From positions 92,523 to 156,522 of the forward strand of contig CAXSDU010000001.1 in NCBI GenBank assembly GCA_964236165.1: DNA of 64,000 nt, given 5' to 3'. Position 1 is the stretch's first letter; the number at the start of each line of letters is the position of its first letter. This DNA comes from an uncultured Parafilimonas sp. Lineage in GTDB: Bacteria > Bacteroidota > Bacteroidia > Chitinophagales > Chitinophagaceae. A model generated the notes under the pieces. The model had not been told where the DNA came from, did not search any database, and saw nothing but the letters and a program-made list of their open reading frames with translations. Of this stretch, positions 1 through 9,614 are shown piece after piece. The translations under genes and the position numbers were made by a program.

Positions 1-486
1 TCAGCGCAGCAAAAAGATGTTATTATAAGAAAAAAGGAAATGTACGATGGAGCAACACCTTCCGGTAATGCTTTAATGGCTGATAATTTACGGTTGCTCT
101 CTTTATATTTTAATATAAGTGAATGGCGCGTAAGAGCAGAGAAAATGTTTGAAAGTATAAGTAATATTATACAAAAACATTCTTTGTCTTTTGGATATTG
201 GGCTTTAAACCTACAAAGTGTTGTAAAAGGTATTAATGAAATTGTAGTTACAGGTGAAGAACAATTAAACGTAGTAAAAGAGATTTTAAAAGACTATATT
301 CCTAATAAGATTGTTCAGTCTTCGCACATAGAAGATAATTACTGGCCATTGTTGCAAGGAAAAAAATTTTCTTACAGAACTTATATATATTTGTGTGTAA
401 ATTATAATTGCTTACACCCTGTAGAAAATATTGAGGATTTTAAAAAACAGATCAGCCGGAATTTTTTAACAAAAAATCCGAAATAA
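1..486 (+). CDS. Thioredoxin-domain/YyaL (SSP411) family protein, C-terminal part; 5' end outside window
   Basis: Frame 1 is open from base 1 (SAQQKDVIIRKKEMYDGATPSGN); the RxKExYDGAxPSGN motif and C-terminal YxCxNYxCxxP are typical of YyaL family. Confidence 0.85.
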   Translation, partial: SAQQKDVIIRKKEMYDGATPSGNALMADNLRLLSLYFNISEWRVRAEKMFESISNIIQKHSLSFGYWALNLQSVVKGINEIVVTGEEQLNVVKEILKDYIPNKIVQSSHIEDNYWPLLQGKKFSYRTYIYLCVNYNCLHPVENIEDFKKQISRNFLTKNPK

Positions 487-622
487 CAAAATAATTAAAA
501 CAAATAAGCGTTCATAAATCTCTTAGGTGTGCTAAGATATATAGTCGATTCTAAAAACAATCATTAGCAATGCCAAGATTCCGGACCACATTAAACATTT
601 TTCTTTGAAACAGAAATACAAA

Positions 623-1903
623 ATGAAAAACCAGAACTTAGTAATGTTACTGCTGATAACCCTTTTAGTGGGTGCAGGTGCCTGCAATAAAAGTGGAAAA
701 TCTAAGAATGTTGTTGGTGACGGTCAATTACGCGGAGTAGCGCCGGGAACACGTAGTGGTATGACAAAACCTTATGGAATGGTTTTCGTTCCCCCTGGTA
801 CTTTTCATATGGGACCAAGTGACGAAGACATTAACTTTAATTTTACTGCCCGTAATAAAGAAGTTTCTATTAGTGGATTTTGGATGGATGCTACCGAAAT
901 TACCAATAATGAATATCGCCAGTTTGTTAATTATGTTAGAGATTCTCTGGCCGCTATTCGTCTTGGCTATATGAAAACAAGCCAAGACGGTGATACAGCA
1001 ATTGACTGGAAAAAAGCATCTGTTATAAAATATTCAGATCGCAATACACTTGAAAAATTAAATGATCTAATTCTTTCTCCCGATAACAGGCTTTATGGTA
1101 AAATGGATATAGATCCTGATATGATACAATATAATGTACAGGGTTTTAATTTGAAAGAAGCAGCAAAAAGAGAAAATGTAGGAAGACCACGCAAAGATTT
1201 CATTTATCGTTATAATATAAAAATTTATCCTGATACATTATGCTGGATGAGAGATTTTTCTTATTCATATAATGAGCCGATGACTAAACGTTATTTTGCT
1301 CATCCGTCGTATGGAGATTATCCTGTGGTTGGCGTAAGTTGGAAACAAGCTGTAGCTTTTTGCCATTGGCGCACACGTTTTTTAAACAGCTTTTTAGAAA
1401 AAAATAAAAAAGCAGCAGAAAGTGATTTTCGTTTACCAACAGAAGCTGAATGGGAATATGCAGCAAGAGGTGGTCGCTCACAGTCCATGTTTCCCTGGGG
1501 TAATTATTATTTAAGAAATAAAAAAGGTTGCCTGCTTGCTAACTTTAAACCTGGCAGAGGAAATTACCCAGAAGATGGTGGTTTTTATACTGTAAAAGCT
1601 GATAGTTATTGGCCAAATGATTATAATTTGTATAATATGGCAGGCAACGTATCTGAATGGACTTCTTCCCTATTTTATGAAGGTGCTTATAATTTTCAAC
1701 ATGATATGAATCCTGATATCCAGTGGAATGCTTTGGATACAGATCCTCCGCGTATGAAACGTAAAGTAGTAAGAGGAGGAAGCTGGAAAGATGTAGGTTA
1801 CTATTTGCAGGTTAGTACACGCCAATACGAATATCAGGATACAACAAAATCTTATATCGGCTTCAGATGTGCTATTGACCTTCCGGCTAATTACAAAAAA
1901 TAA
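623..1903 (+). CDS. gldK: Gliding motility/T9SS lipoprotein GldK (PorK), FGE-sulfatase fold
   Basis: Lipobox GAGAC, FxMG, RLPTEAEWEYAARGG, NMAGNVSEW, RGGSW, GFRC motifs; first gene of the KLMN order. ATG at 623 preferred over track TTG at 605. Confidence 0.95.
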   Translation: MKNQNLVMLLLITLLVGAGACNKSGKSKNVVGDGQLRGVAPGTRSGMTKPYGMVFVPPGTFHMGPSDEDINFNFTARNKEVSISGFWMDATEITNNEYRQFVNYVRDSLAAIRLGYMKTSQDGDTAIDWKKASVIKYSDRNTLEKLNDLILSPDNRLYGKMDIDPDMIQYNVQGFNLKEAAKRENVGRPRKDFIYRYNIKIYPDTLCWMRDFSYSYNEPMTKRYFAHPSYGDYPVVGVSWKQAVAFCHWRTRFLNSFLEKNKKAAESDFRLPTEAEWEYAARGGRSQSMFPWGNYYLRNKKGCLLANFKPGRGNYPEDGGFYTVKADSYWPNDYNLYNMAGNVSEWTSSLFYEGAYNFQHDMNPDIQWNALDTDPPRMKRKVVRGGSWKDVGYYLQVSTRQYEYQDTTKSYIGFRCAIDLPANYKK

Positions 1904-1945
1904 ATTTTCAAACAATATCCTTTATAAACCAATAAAATTTAAAAA

Positions 1946-2716
1946 ATGGCAGCAGCAATTCCTCCTAAAGTTAGCAGAGTGGTTGACATCTTCGTATCAA
2001 TAGCCGCAGCAGTGGTTATTTGGGGCGCATTACAAAAGTTATTGCACACTTCAACAGCAGATTTCTTTCTTAAAGTGGGTTTAGGAACAGAAGCAGCTGT
2101 ATTTCTTGTATATGGAATTCTATATCTTATTTATCCGGCTGTTGATGATCATCAGGTTAAAATTGCAGGTGCACAGCCACAAATGGGAAATCCGGCATTA
2201 AAATCAATGGAAAAAATGTTAGAAGAGGCTGACATTACACCAGCAAATCTTGGTAAATTAAGTGCTGGTTTTCAAAAACTCGGTACTACTGTTGAAAAAA
2301 TGGGTGAGATAAGCGATGTTGTTAAAGCAACAGGCGATTATACACAAAAAACAAACGAAGCAGCAAAGGCGCTTGATGCAGTTAAGATTGCTTATTCAAA
2401 CGTTGCTAACTCAGCTACATCCTTTACTAATGCTTCTGAAGGTGCTAAAGTATTCCACGAGCAAATACAGGTTTTAACCAAAAATTTGTCTTCATTAAAT
2501 ACAATTTATGAATTGGAATTGCAGGAAAGCAATAATCATTTAAAAGCCTTAAACCAGTTTTATGGTAAGTTGAATGAAGCTTCTAATGCAATGAATACAA
2601 CGGCGAGTGATGCTATTAGAGCTAAAGATCAGATTAGCGCGCTTGCAAACAATTTGGGTAAATTAAACCAGATTTATGGCAATATGATTAGCGCAATGCA
2701 AGGTGGCAGGGCTTAA
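1946..2716 (+). CDS. gldL: Gliding motility/T9SS motor protein GldL (PorL)
   Basis: Two N-terminal TM helices (AAVVIWGALQKLLH, GLGTEA), coiled coil, C-terminal LNQIYGNMISAM. Confidence 0.95.
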   Translation: MAAAIPPKVSRVVDIFVSIAAAVVIWGALQKLLHTSTADFFLKVGLGTEAAVFLVYGILYLIYPAVDDHQVKIAGAQPQMGNPALKSMEKMLEEADITPANLGKLSAGFQKLGTTVEKMGEISDVVKATGDYTQKTNEAAKALDAVKIAYSNVANSATSFTNASEGAKVFHEQIQVLTKNLSSLNTIYELELQESNNHLKALNQFYGKLNEASNAMNTTASDAIRAKDQISALANNLGKLNQIYGNMISAMQGGRA

Positions 2717-2771
2717 TAAAACAATATCCAATTTCTGTTAAAAACTAATTCAGATTTAAACAATCTAATTT

Positions 2772-4301
2772 ATGGCATTACCTAAAGAGCCAAGGCAAAA
2801 AATGATTAACCTGATGTATCTGGTGCTTACAGCTTTGCTGGCATTAAATGTATCAGCAGAAATACTAAATGCATTCAAAACGGTAAATAATAGTTTAACG
2901 GCAGCAAGCATTACATTAGATAAAAAGAATAATAACATTTTTAATTCATTTAAGGGTGAACTTAATGATGCAAGCACGCATGACAGGGCTGCACTTTGGG
3001 CGCCTAAGGCAAAACGTGCACAGGACTTAGCAAACGAAATGATAGCTTATATTGATGGCTTACAATCAAAAGTTGCAGATGCTGCGGGATTCAAAAGCGA
3101 TGATAGTACCAGCTATAGGGAAGATGATCTTGAAGCTGCAACACGAGTAATGACCGATCCAGGTACTGACGGAAAAGTGCTGCATGATAAATTACAAGTT
3201 TATAAAAATGCTTTATTAGCAATCGATCCTTTAATAAAAGTGCAGTTTCAGAATTCTTTACCCATTGATTTATCTGTTCCTAAAACAAATAATAAGGCAA
3301 ACGAAGATGATTGGGCAGCTTCTTATTTTTATATGACGCCTTCTATTGCAGCAAAAACTATTCTCACAAAATTCGAAAATGATGTAAAGAATAGTGAAGC
3401 AATGATAATAGACTATTGCCATCAGCAAGTGGGTGCAGTAGAAAAAGTTTTTAATTCTTATCAGCCCTTGGTAGGTCAAAGTTCTAATTATTTAATGCCC
3501 GGTCAACCTTTAACAATTACCGCTGGTATCGGTGCTTACAATGCAGAGTCAAGACCAACTGTTACAATAGATGGGCAAAAAATTGAATTAAATGCAAATG
3601 GTGTTGCTGAATATAAAACTACAGCCGGCGGCACAGGATCATACACAAAAAATGTTGTAATATCTTATTTTAATCAGGCTACCGGCAAAAATGAACAACA
3701 AAGTATTCCATTAACTTATTCAGTTGGTTCACCAACAGGTGCAAGTGTAAGTGCTGATGCAGTAAAAGTTTTTTATGTGGGTTTAGATAATCCTATTTCT
3801 GTTAGTGGTGGTACTGTTGGAGATGAAAAAGTTTCTGTTAGCATGACTAATGGAGCACTTACAAAAACAGGCCCTGGTAAATATATGGTAAGACCAGGTA
3901 AAGCTGGAACACCCGCAGACGTTACAGTTCTTGCAGATGGTAAGCCTACTATTGTTTCATTTAAAGTAAAGGATGTTCCCGATCCTGTGGCAAAAGTGGG
4001 CGTAAATAAAGGTGGGCGTATGCCAGTTAATGATTTTAAAGCACAGTTTGGTGTTCGTGCAGATCTTGAAAACTTTGTTTTTGAAGGCGTTAAATTTAAT
4101 GTTACTGGTTATACTATCGTTTTAACGGGCGCAGGTTTTCCTGTATTACAATTTCGACAGGTAAAAGGAGCAGCCTTTGATCCTGTGAAAGATTTAATTG
4201 AAAAAGCAAAGCCTGGAACTTCTGTAACAATTGATGAGATAAATGTGGTTGGGCCAGGTGGAACAAGAAAATTACCACCGATTATTTACAATTTGTATTA
4301 A
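2772..4301 (+). CDS. gldM: Gliding motility/T9SS motor protein GldM (PorM)
   Basis: N-terminal PKEPRQKMINLMYLVLTALLALNVSAEIL signature. Confidence 0.97.
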   Translation: MALPKEPRQKMINLMYLVLTALLALNVSAEILNAFKTVNNSLTAASITLDKKNNNIFNSFKGELNDASTHDRAALWAPKAKRAQDLANEMIAYIDGLQSKVADAAGFKSDDSTSYREDDLEAATRVMTDPGTDGKVLHDKLQVYKNALLAIDPLIKVQFQNSLPIDLSVPKTNNKANEDDWAASYFYMTPSIAAKTILTKFENDVKNSEAMIIDYCHQQVGAVEKVFNSYQPLVGQSSNYLMPGQPLTITAGIGAYNAESRPTVTIDGQKIELNANGVAEYKTTAGGTGSYTKNVVISYFNQATGKNEQQSIPLTYSVGSPTGASVSADAVKVFYVGLDNPISVSGGTVGDEKVSVSMTNGALTKTGPGKYMVRPGKAGTPADVTVLADGKPTIVSFKVKDVPDPVAKVGVNKGGRMPVNDFKAQFGVRADLENFVFEGVKFNVTGYTIVLTGAGFPVLQFRQVKGAAFDPVKDLIEKAKPGTSVTIDEINVVGPGGTRKLPPIIYNLY

Positions 4302-4312
4302 AATTATTTAAT

Positions 4313-5404
4313 ATGCGCTTAAAATTTTTTAAACTTTTTGCTGCTGGTCTATTACTAATAAGTTTTATTAGTGCAGATGCTCAGCGCCCTGTAAAAAGAA
4401 GAACAAAAACTTCTACTTCTGCCTACGGAAATACTAATACGCAGCAAAAGCCGGCAAACAATAGATCAGGATATGGAGATGTGGATACAACAGTAAGACC
4501 TACAGCAAATTCTGCATATGGAACTATAAATAATCAATCAACTTCAATTGATACAACCTTGCCAATTACAGTTGTAAAGAGCAGTGGCAATGGGTTATTA
4601 GATACAGTTAAAATGTCACTACGTAATGATGGTGCAGTACAAAAAAACCTTGTGAACGAGAGAACACCTTTAGTATATGAAGATATACGGGAAGATGACG
4701 CGGTATTTAAAGTTAGGGTTTGGAGAGAAATAGATACCCGTGAAAAAATTAATTTGCCATTTCGTTATGCAGCAGTTGAAGACAATGGCAGTCAACGTTT
4801 TATTGCTATTCTTTTAAAAGCAATAAAAGATGGAGACATTACCGCTTTTAGCGGCGATGACGATCGTTTTACCACACCCATAACAGCTGATGATGCAGAG
4901 AATGCATTTGGTGGTGGTTCTGATACTTCCAAAGTATATGATGCTGATGGAAATGTTGCAGGATATCAAGTTAGAGCAAAAGCTGTTGACCCGGATTCTA
5001 TTTATAAATTTCAAATAAAAGAAGAATGGATATTTGATAAAGAAAGCAGCCGGCTCTTTGTTAGAATTATTGGTATAGCTCCTGTAATTCCATACAGACT
5101 TTCAACCGGAGATATTGTGGCTAACAGTGAGAGACCAGTTTGGTGGGTTTATTATCCTGATCTTCGCCCAATATTGGCAAAATATGAAGTATATAATCCT
5201 AAAAATGTTGGTGCACAAATGACGTGGGAAGAACTTTTTGAAAGCAGAATGTTTAGCAGTTACATCATAAAGTCTACTATAGACAATCCTTTTGATTTAC
5301 CACTTTCAAGTGTTTATCCGAATAATACTTTATTCCGTTTACTTAATGGAGAAAAAATTAAAGACAAAATATTTAACTACGAACAAGCCTTGTGGAGCTA
5401 TTAA
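4313..5404 (+). CDS. gldN: Gliding motility/T9SS protein GldN (PorN)
   Basis: VWREID, KEEWIFDKESSRL, IIGIAP, TWEELFESRMFSSYIIK, FNYEQALWSY motifs; operon position. Confidence 0.95.
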   Translation: MRLKFFKLFAAGLLLISFISADAQRPVKRRTKTSTSAYGNTNTQQKPANNRSGYGDVDTTVRPTANSAYGTINNQSTSIDTTLPITVVKSSGNGLLDTVKMSLRNDGAVQKNLVNERTPLVYEDIREDDAVFKVRVWREIDTREKINLPFRYAAVEDNGSQRFIAILLKAIKDGDITAFSGDDDRFTTPITADDAENAFGGGSDTSKVYDADGNVAGYQVRAKAVDPDSIYKFQIKEEWIFDKESSRLFVRIIGIAPVIPYRLSTGDIVANSERPVWWVYYPDLRPILAKYEVYNPKNVGAQMTWEELFESRMFSSYIIKSTIDNPFDLPLSSVYPNNTLFRLLNGEKIKDKIFNYEQALWSY

Positions 5405-5474
5405 TTAATTCGTCGATACCTGTTAGAAATTTTTAAATAAAGCATAAAAAACTTGTTCAGCAATACTGGTTGCA

Positions 5475-5482
5475 TACCTTTG
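5475..5482 (+). promoter_or_regulatory. Bacteroidota primary-sigma -7 promoter element TACCTTTG downstream of gldN
   Basis: Exact match to TAnnTTTG, about 35 nt before a + strand terminator with no ORF between. Confidence 0.5.
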
Positions 5483-5486
5483 TAAT

Positions 5487-5550
5487 GGTTTTTCATAGGA
5501 TATTGGATTTTAAAACGGGGCAGGATTTTCATCCAAGCCCCCTTTTTTTT
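5487..5550 (+). ncRNA. Candidate small RNA A (about 65 nt), partly antisense to the uvrC 3' end
   Basis: Own -7 element, TTTTTCATAGGATATTGGATT core, ends in intrinsic terminator. Confidence 0.4.
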
Positions 5551-7345
5551 GCAAAATATATTCCATTAAGATTTTTGCTTTTGCATTACCAATTATATTG
5601 GCAAGTTCTTCTTGAGGAATTTCTTTAATTTTTTTTACCGATTTAAATTTTTGTAACAATACAATAGCTGTTTTTTCACCAATTCCCTGAATATTTTCAA
5701 GGTCATTCTTAAAAGTTCCTTTCGAACGTTTGTTTCTATGAAATGTAATTCCAAAACGATGCACTTCATCTCTTATTCTTCTTATTAAATTTAATCCTTC
5801 GCTGTTCCAATTGAGTTTTATGGATTCTTTATCTCCCTGAAAAAAAAGTTCTTCCTCATTCTTGGCAAGACCTATAACAGTTATTTTTCCGTTTAAATCT
5901 AATTCTTCAAAACTTTCCATTGCAGCACTTAGTTGCCCTTTGCCACCATCAATTATAACAAGTTGAGGCAATGGAGTATCTTCATTTAGCAAACGTTTAT
6001 ATCTTCTATATACTACCTCTTTCATTGTAGCAAAATCATTGATGCCAGTTACGGTTTTTACATTAAAATGCCTGTAATCATTTTTACTTGGCAGCCCATT
6101 TTTAAAACATACCATTGCAGAAACAGGATAGCTTCCTTGAAAATTTGAATTGTCAAAACATTCTATATGTACAGGTATTTCTTGTAAACCAAGTTGTTCC
6201 TGCAATTCAGATAAAACGTTTAATTGCGCTTCATTGCTTTGTGAAAGATGCAGCATTTTTTGCCTTTTAAGTTCTTCTTTAAAATGTGTTACATTTTTTT
6301 TAGAAAGCTCAAGCAACTTCAATTTATCCCCTCCTTTCGAAATAGTAATTATTATATCCTTTTCAGGATAATCTATTAAAAAAGGAACTACAATTTCTTT
6401 AGCGGTGCTATTAAACATATCTCTTATTTGTGCAATAGCAAAAACCAAAGTTTCTGCTTCTGTTTCTTCAAGATTTGTTTGAAGTTCTACTGTATGTGTT
6501 TGAATAATAGTACCATTCTGTACCATTAAAAAATTTACAAATGCAATATCTTTTTCTTTTACAATAGAAAATACATCAACATTATGTAAGTGTTTACTTG
6601 CTACAATTGAGCGGGATTGATATTGCTCGAGGTGATCAATTTTTTTTCTTATTGATTCTGCTTTTTCAAAATTTAGTTTTGCAGCATAGTCATTCATAAT
6701 TATCTTATAACGGGAAATTACGGGCGATAAATTTCCTTTTAGTAGTTGACGCACCTGCATCAAACCTTCATTATAATCTTCTGCTGATTGAAATGCTTCG
6801 CAAGGTCCTTTGCAGTTACCCAAGTGATATTCCAGGCAAACTTTAAATTTTTTTCTTTCAATATTTTGTTTTGTCAAATTAAGCTTGCAAGTTCTTAAAG
6901 GAATATATTGTCTTATAAAACTTATCAGTTCTCTTACCTTACCTGCAGAAGTGAAAGGACCCAAATATTCTGAGCCATCATTAATTTTTTTTCGGGTAAG
7001 AAAAATACGCGGATAAAATTCTTTTTTTATAATAATAAAAGGATAAGATTTATCATCTTTAAGATTTATATTAAATCTTGGCTGAAATTCCTTTATTAAA
7101 GAATTTTCTAAAAGAAAAGCATCTTGCTCAGAATTTACAATAGTAAAATTTATACGATAAATACGTTGTACAAGTTCATGTGTTTTATAACCCGTAAAAG
7201 TTTTTGTAAAATAAGAACTTACTCTTTTTTTTAAATCTTTTGCTTTGCCTACATATAAAAGTGTTCCCTGTTTATCATAATATTTGTAGATGCCAGGTTC
7301 ATGCGGAATAGATATTACTTGAGATTGAAATTCAGCAGAAGTCAT
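5510..7345 (-). CDS. uvrC: Excinuclease ABC subunit C
   Basis: GIY-YIG N-terminus (PGIYKYY..LYVGKAKDLKKRVSSYF), ECFDNS, DGGKGQL, RDEVHRF, HhH; start at ATG 7345 because the track start overlaps a TATTTTTG promoter (7352-7359). Confidence 0.97.
   Translation of the reverse strand: MTSAEFQSQVISIPHEPGIYKYYDKQGTLLYVGKAKDLKKRVSSYFTKTFTGYKTHELVQRIYRINFTIVNSEQDAFLLENSLIKEFQPRFNINLKDDKSYPFIIIKKEFYPRIFLTRKKINDGSEYLGPFTSAGKVRELISFIRQYIPLRTCKLNLTKQNIERKKFKVCLEYHLGNCKGPCEAFQSAEDYNEGLMQVRQLLKGNLSPVISRYKIIMNDYAAKLNFEKAESIRKKIDHLEQYQSRSIVASKHLHNVDVFSIVKEKDIAFVNFLMVQNGTIIQTHTVELQTNLEETEAETLVFAIAQIRDMFNSTAKEIVVPFLIDYPEKDIIITISKGGDKLKLLELSKKNVTHFKEELKRQKMLHLSQSNEAQLNVLSELQEQLGLQEIPVHIECFDNSNFQGSYPVSAMVCFKNGLPSKNDYRHFNVKTVTGINDFATMKEVVYRRYKRLLNEDTPLPQLVIIDGGKGQLSAAMESFEELDLNGKITVIGLAKNEEELFFQGDKESIKLNWNSEGLNLIRRIRDEVHRFGITFHRNKRSKGTFKNDLENIQGIGEKTAIVLLQKFKSVKKIKEIPQEELANIIGNAKAKILMEYILQKKGGLDENPAPF
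5517..5550 (+). terminator. Intrinsic terminator after the gldKLMN operon / sRNA A
   Basis: GGGGC-A-GGAT-TTTC-ATCC-AA-GCCCC hairpin followed by C and T8. Confidence 0.75.
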
Positions 7346-7418
7346 ACCCTGCAAAAATAGTTTTTAGCAACGCAATTATTTGCATAAAGTAATTTTACAA
7401 AAAGTTGCTACCGGAGAA

Positions 7419-8903
7419 TTATTTAAGGCTTTTAACTACGCCAATCTTTAATCCATAATTGATGAGATACTCTTTATTAGGATATTTATTTGCTAATGAA
7501 GGTAACAATTGATAACGTAACTGTGGACCAATTTGCCAGCGATAACCGCCGCCAGTAGAATAGCCAAAATAACTTTCAAGATTAGCATTAACATTCCAGT
7601 TACGTATATATGCAGAGCCATCTGTATAATTTTTAAAATTTGAAGATATTATAAGAGGCTGTTTATCGAATGTATAAGTGGGCTCCAAAGAACCAGCAAG
7701 TCCCCAACTTAATTTATTATTATTCCAAGCCATCCAATCAATACCAAGTGGCACTGAAATTTGATAATATCTGTTCTTAATGGTAAGTGGCTTAGTGCCC
7801 GGAATACTTCTTAAGCTTGATGTAGTATTTACCATACTTGCAAATTTGCCTTCGTCTAATGTAAGTATAACAGGTTCATCTTTATAAAGAAAAGCATCTA
7901 TTTTATACTGACTAATATTAAACTGAAAGCCACCGGTTAAGGTAAATTTATTATTAAGTGCATAACCTAATCCGAAACCAGTTTCATAACCTATTGCCGG
8001 GCTCTGATGTATTGCCTGTGAGGGTTTTACTTTATAACTTGATTCTAAAGAAACAGTATTTATTTCCTGCTGTGCGTTTTGCTTTTGCTCACTAAGGTGG
8101 CGGTAACTTACAGAAGGTGTAATATAAAAACGGAAATCGAATTTGCTTGAACTTTTACCCAGCTCTTCTAACGCTTGCGGAATTAAATCTGTATGTTGTG
8201 GCTGAACTCTAAAATCAAAACTATTATTATAAACTATGTTATTGCTTTTATACCTTGCTTGAAAGAAGGCTAAACCGCCCTTTGTATTTTCTGAGGGCTT
8301 TGTATTTAAAATGCTCTTTAATCTGGATGTTATATCAAACAAATAATAATTGACATTATTTAAAGATGATGAAACAGCTACATTTTTATTTTGCGCAGTA
8401 ATAATATCAGTTCCTTTAATTGTAATAGATTTATTTGCCGGTTCTTTAACCTGTGATAAAGCAGTTAAGTATGTTTCGTCAATAGTCGCAGTAATAGGTT
8501 CTGTTAAATGTTTTTCAACAGCAGCATCAATTTTTATTTTTTCAATAGCAGCAATTATTGTATTTGATGTTAGCTGATCAACAGAATAATGCTCATCAGA
8601 CACATTTGACTGTGCATTTACAATATTTGCTTCAGTTTTTTCAGCGCTAATGTTTACAGGGCTTTGCAATGAAAAATGAAAATTTGCAGTAACAGTATCA
8701 GGAACGGGTTTATTTAAAACTGTGCCTATAACAAGTGCAGAAATTATTAAAACAGTAAAAATTGAAAGCGCAGGCCATTTTTTTGGCGTTTGAATTTTTT
8801 TACTAATGGTTCTCCATACATGATCTGATGGATACATTCTATGATCATTAGCCTGTTGTTTCAGGTATTTTTCAAAATCGTCTATATGGTTTTTATCATT
8901 CAT
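7419..8903 (-). CDS. Putative dual-membrane-spanning anti-sigma factor (N-terminal ASD, TM helix, long linker, C-terminal outer-membrane beta-barrel)
   Basis: Directly downstream of ECF sigma; FEKYLKQQ..PSDHVW N-terminus, hydrophobic helix aa ~44-63, low-complexity linker, amphipathic beta-strands ending YLINYGLKIGVVKSLK. Confidence 0.65.
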   Translation of the reverse strand: MNDKNHIDDFEKYLKQQANDHRMYPSDHVWRTISKKIQTPKKWPALSIFTVLIISALVIGTVLNKPVPDTVTANFHFSLQSPVNISAEKTEANIVNAQSNVSDEHYSVDQLTSNTIIAAIEKIKIDAAVEKHLTEPITATIDETYLTALSQVKEPANKSITIKGTDIITAQNKNVAVSSSLNNVNYYLFDITSRLKSILNTKPSENTKGGLAFFQARYKSNNIVYNNSFDFRVQPQHTDLIPQALEELGKSSSKFDFRFYITPSVSYRHLSEQKQNAQQEINTVSLESSYKVKPSQAIHQSPAIGYETGFGLGYALNNKFTLTGGFQFNISQYKIDAFLYKDEPVILTLDEGKFASMVNTTSSLRSIPGTKPLTIKNRYYQISVPLGIDWMAWNNNKLSWGLAGSLEPTYTFDKQPLIISSNFKNYTDGSAYIRNWNVNANLESYFGYSTGGGYRWQIGPQLRYQLLPSLANKYPNKEYLINYGLKIGVVKSLK

Positions 8904-8921
8904 TCTATACTTCCATTGAAG

Positions 8922-9497
8922 CTAATGTACTGCAGCAGTCCATGTAAATATTTCGCCTGGTTTTTCAATAATTTTCTTTTTAACTAAAATAGCTTCAAGC
9001 ATTGCTTTTGCTCTTGTATATTGGCTGCGGCTCGTGCTTTCTTCAATCTCAAGCATCACAGCAATTTCTTTATGACTATATCCATCAATTGCATAAAGAT
9101 TTAAAACGGTTCTGTATCCCACCGGCAATAAGCGAATGCACTCAATTACCTGTCTTGCAAACATTATAGATGGTATTGTTTCTTCTTTTACCTGAACATT
9201 TGAAACATAAGCCAAATCGAGGCTTTCATTAAATTTTTTATACTTCTTCAAAAAATTTATACAAGTATGAACAATTATTCTTCTTATCCAACCTTCAAAA
9301 GAACCCGAATTTCTAAAAGAGCGTATTTGCGTAAACACTCTTATAAATCCTTCCTGCAACATATCTTCTGCATCTTCGCGGTTTTGTGCGAAGCGATAAC
9401 AAACTGAAAGCATTTTAGGGCTGTATCTATTATACAACTCCCGCTGTGCAACTGGATCGTTATTTAAGCAGCCGGCTAAAATTGTCTGTTCCGTCAT
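8922..9497 (-). CDS. ECF RNA polymerase sigma factor
   Basis: Region 2 DAEDMLQEGFIRVF, FEGWIRRI; region 4 LPVGYRTVLNLYAIDGYSHKEIA. Confidence 0.93.
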   Translation of the reverse strand: MTEQTILAGCLNNDPVAQRELYNRYSPKMLSVCYRFAQNREDAEDMLQEGFIRVFTQIRSFRNSGSFEGWIRRIIVHTCINFLKKYKKFNESLDLAYVSNVQVKEETIPSIMFARQVIECIRLLPVGYRTVLNLYAIDGYSHKEIAVMLEIEESTSRSQYTRAKAMLEAILVKKKIIEKPGEIFTWTAAVH

Positions 9498-9527
9498 GCA
9501 GGTAATTTAAATATTACCCACCAAGTT

Positions 9528-9555
9528 AGACAAATTTTAAATTCAAAATGCTGCA
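9528..9555 (-). promoter_or_regulatory. Candidate autoregulatory ECF promoter TGCAGC-N17-TGTCT
   Basis: Minus strand reads TTGCAGCattttgaatttaaaattTGTCTAA about 30 nt upstream of the sigma ATG; resembles the (T)GCAAC/GTC ECF class. Confidence 0.4.
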
Positions 9556-9614
9556 AGTTTAAAATCTTTGTGTCTTTAGTGAGTATTAATTAAATTTTTC
9601 TTTGTGAAAATATT

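Noticed and set aside
518-540. TCTTAG-gtgtg-CTAAGA hairpin upstream of gldK
   Set aside because: Only 6 bp, no U-tract; expected by chance in AT-rich DNA
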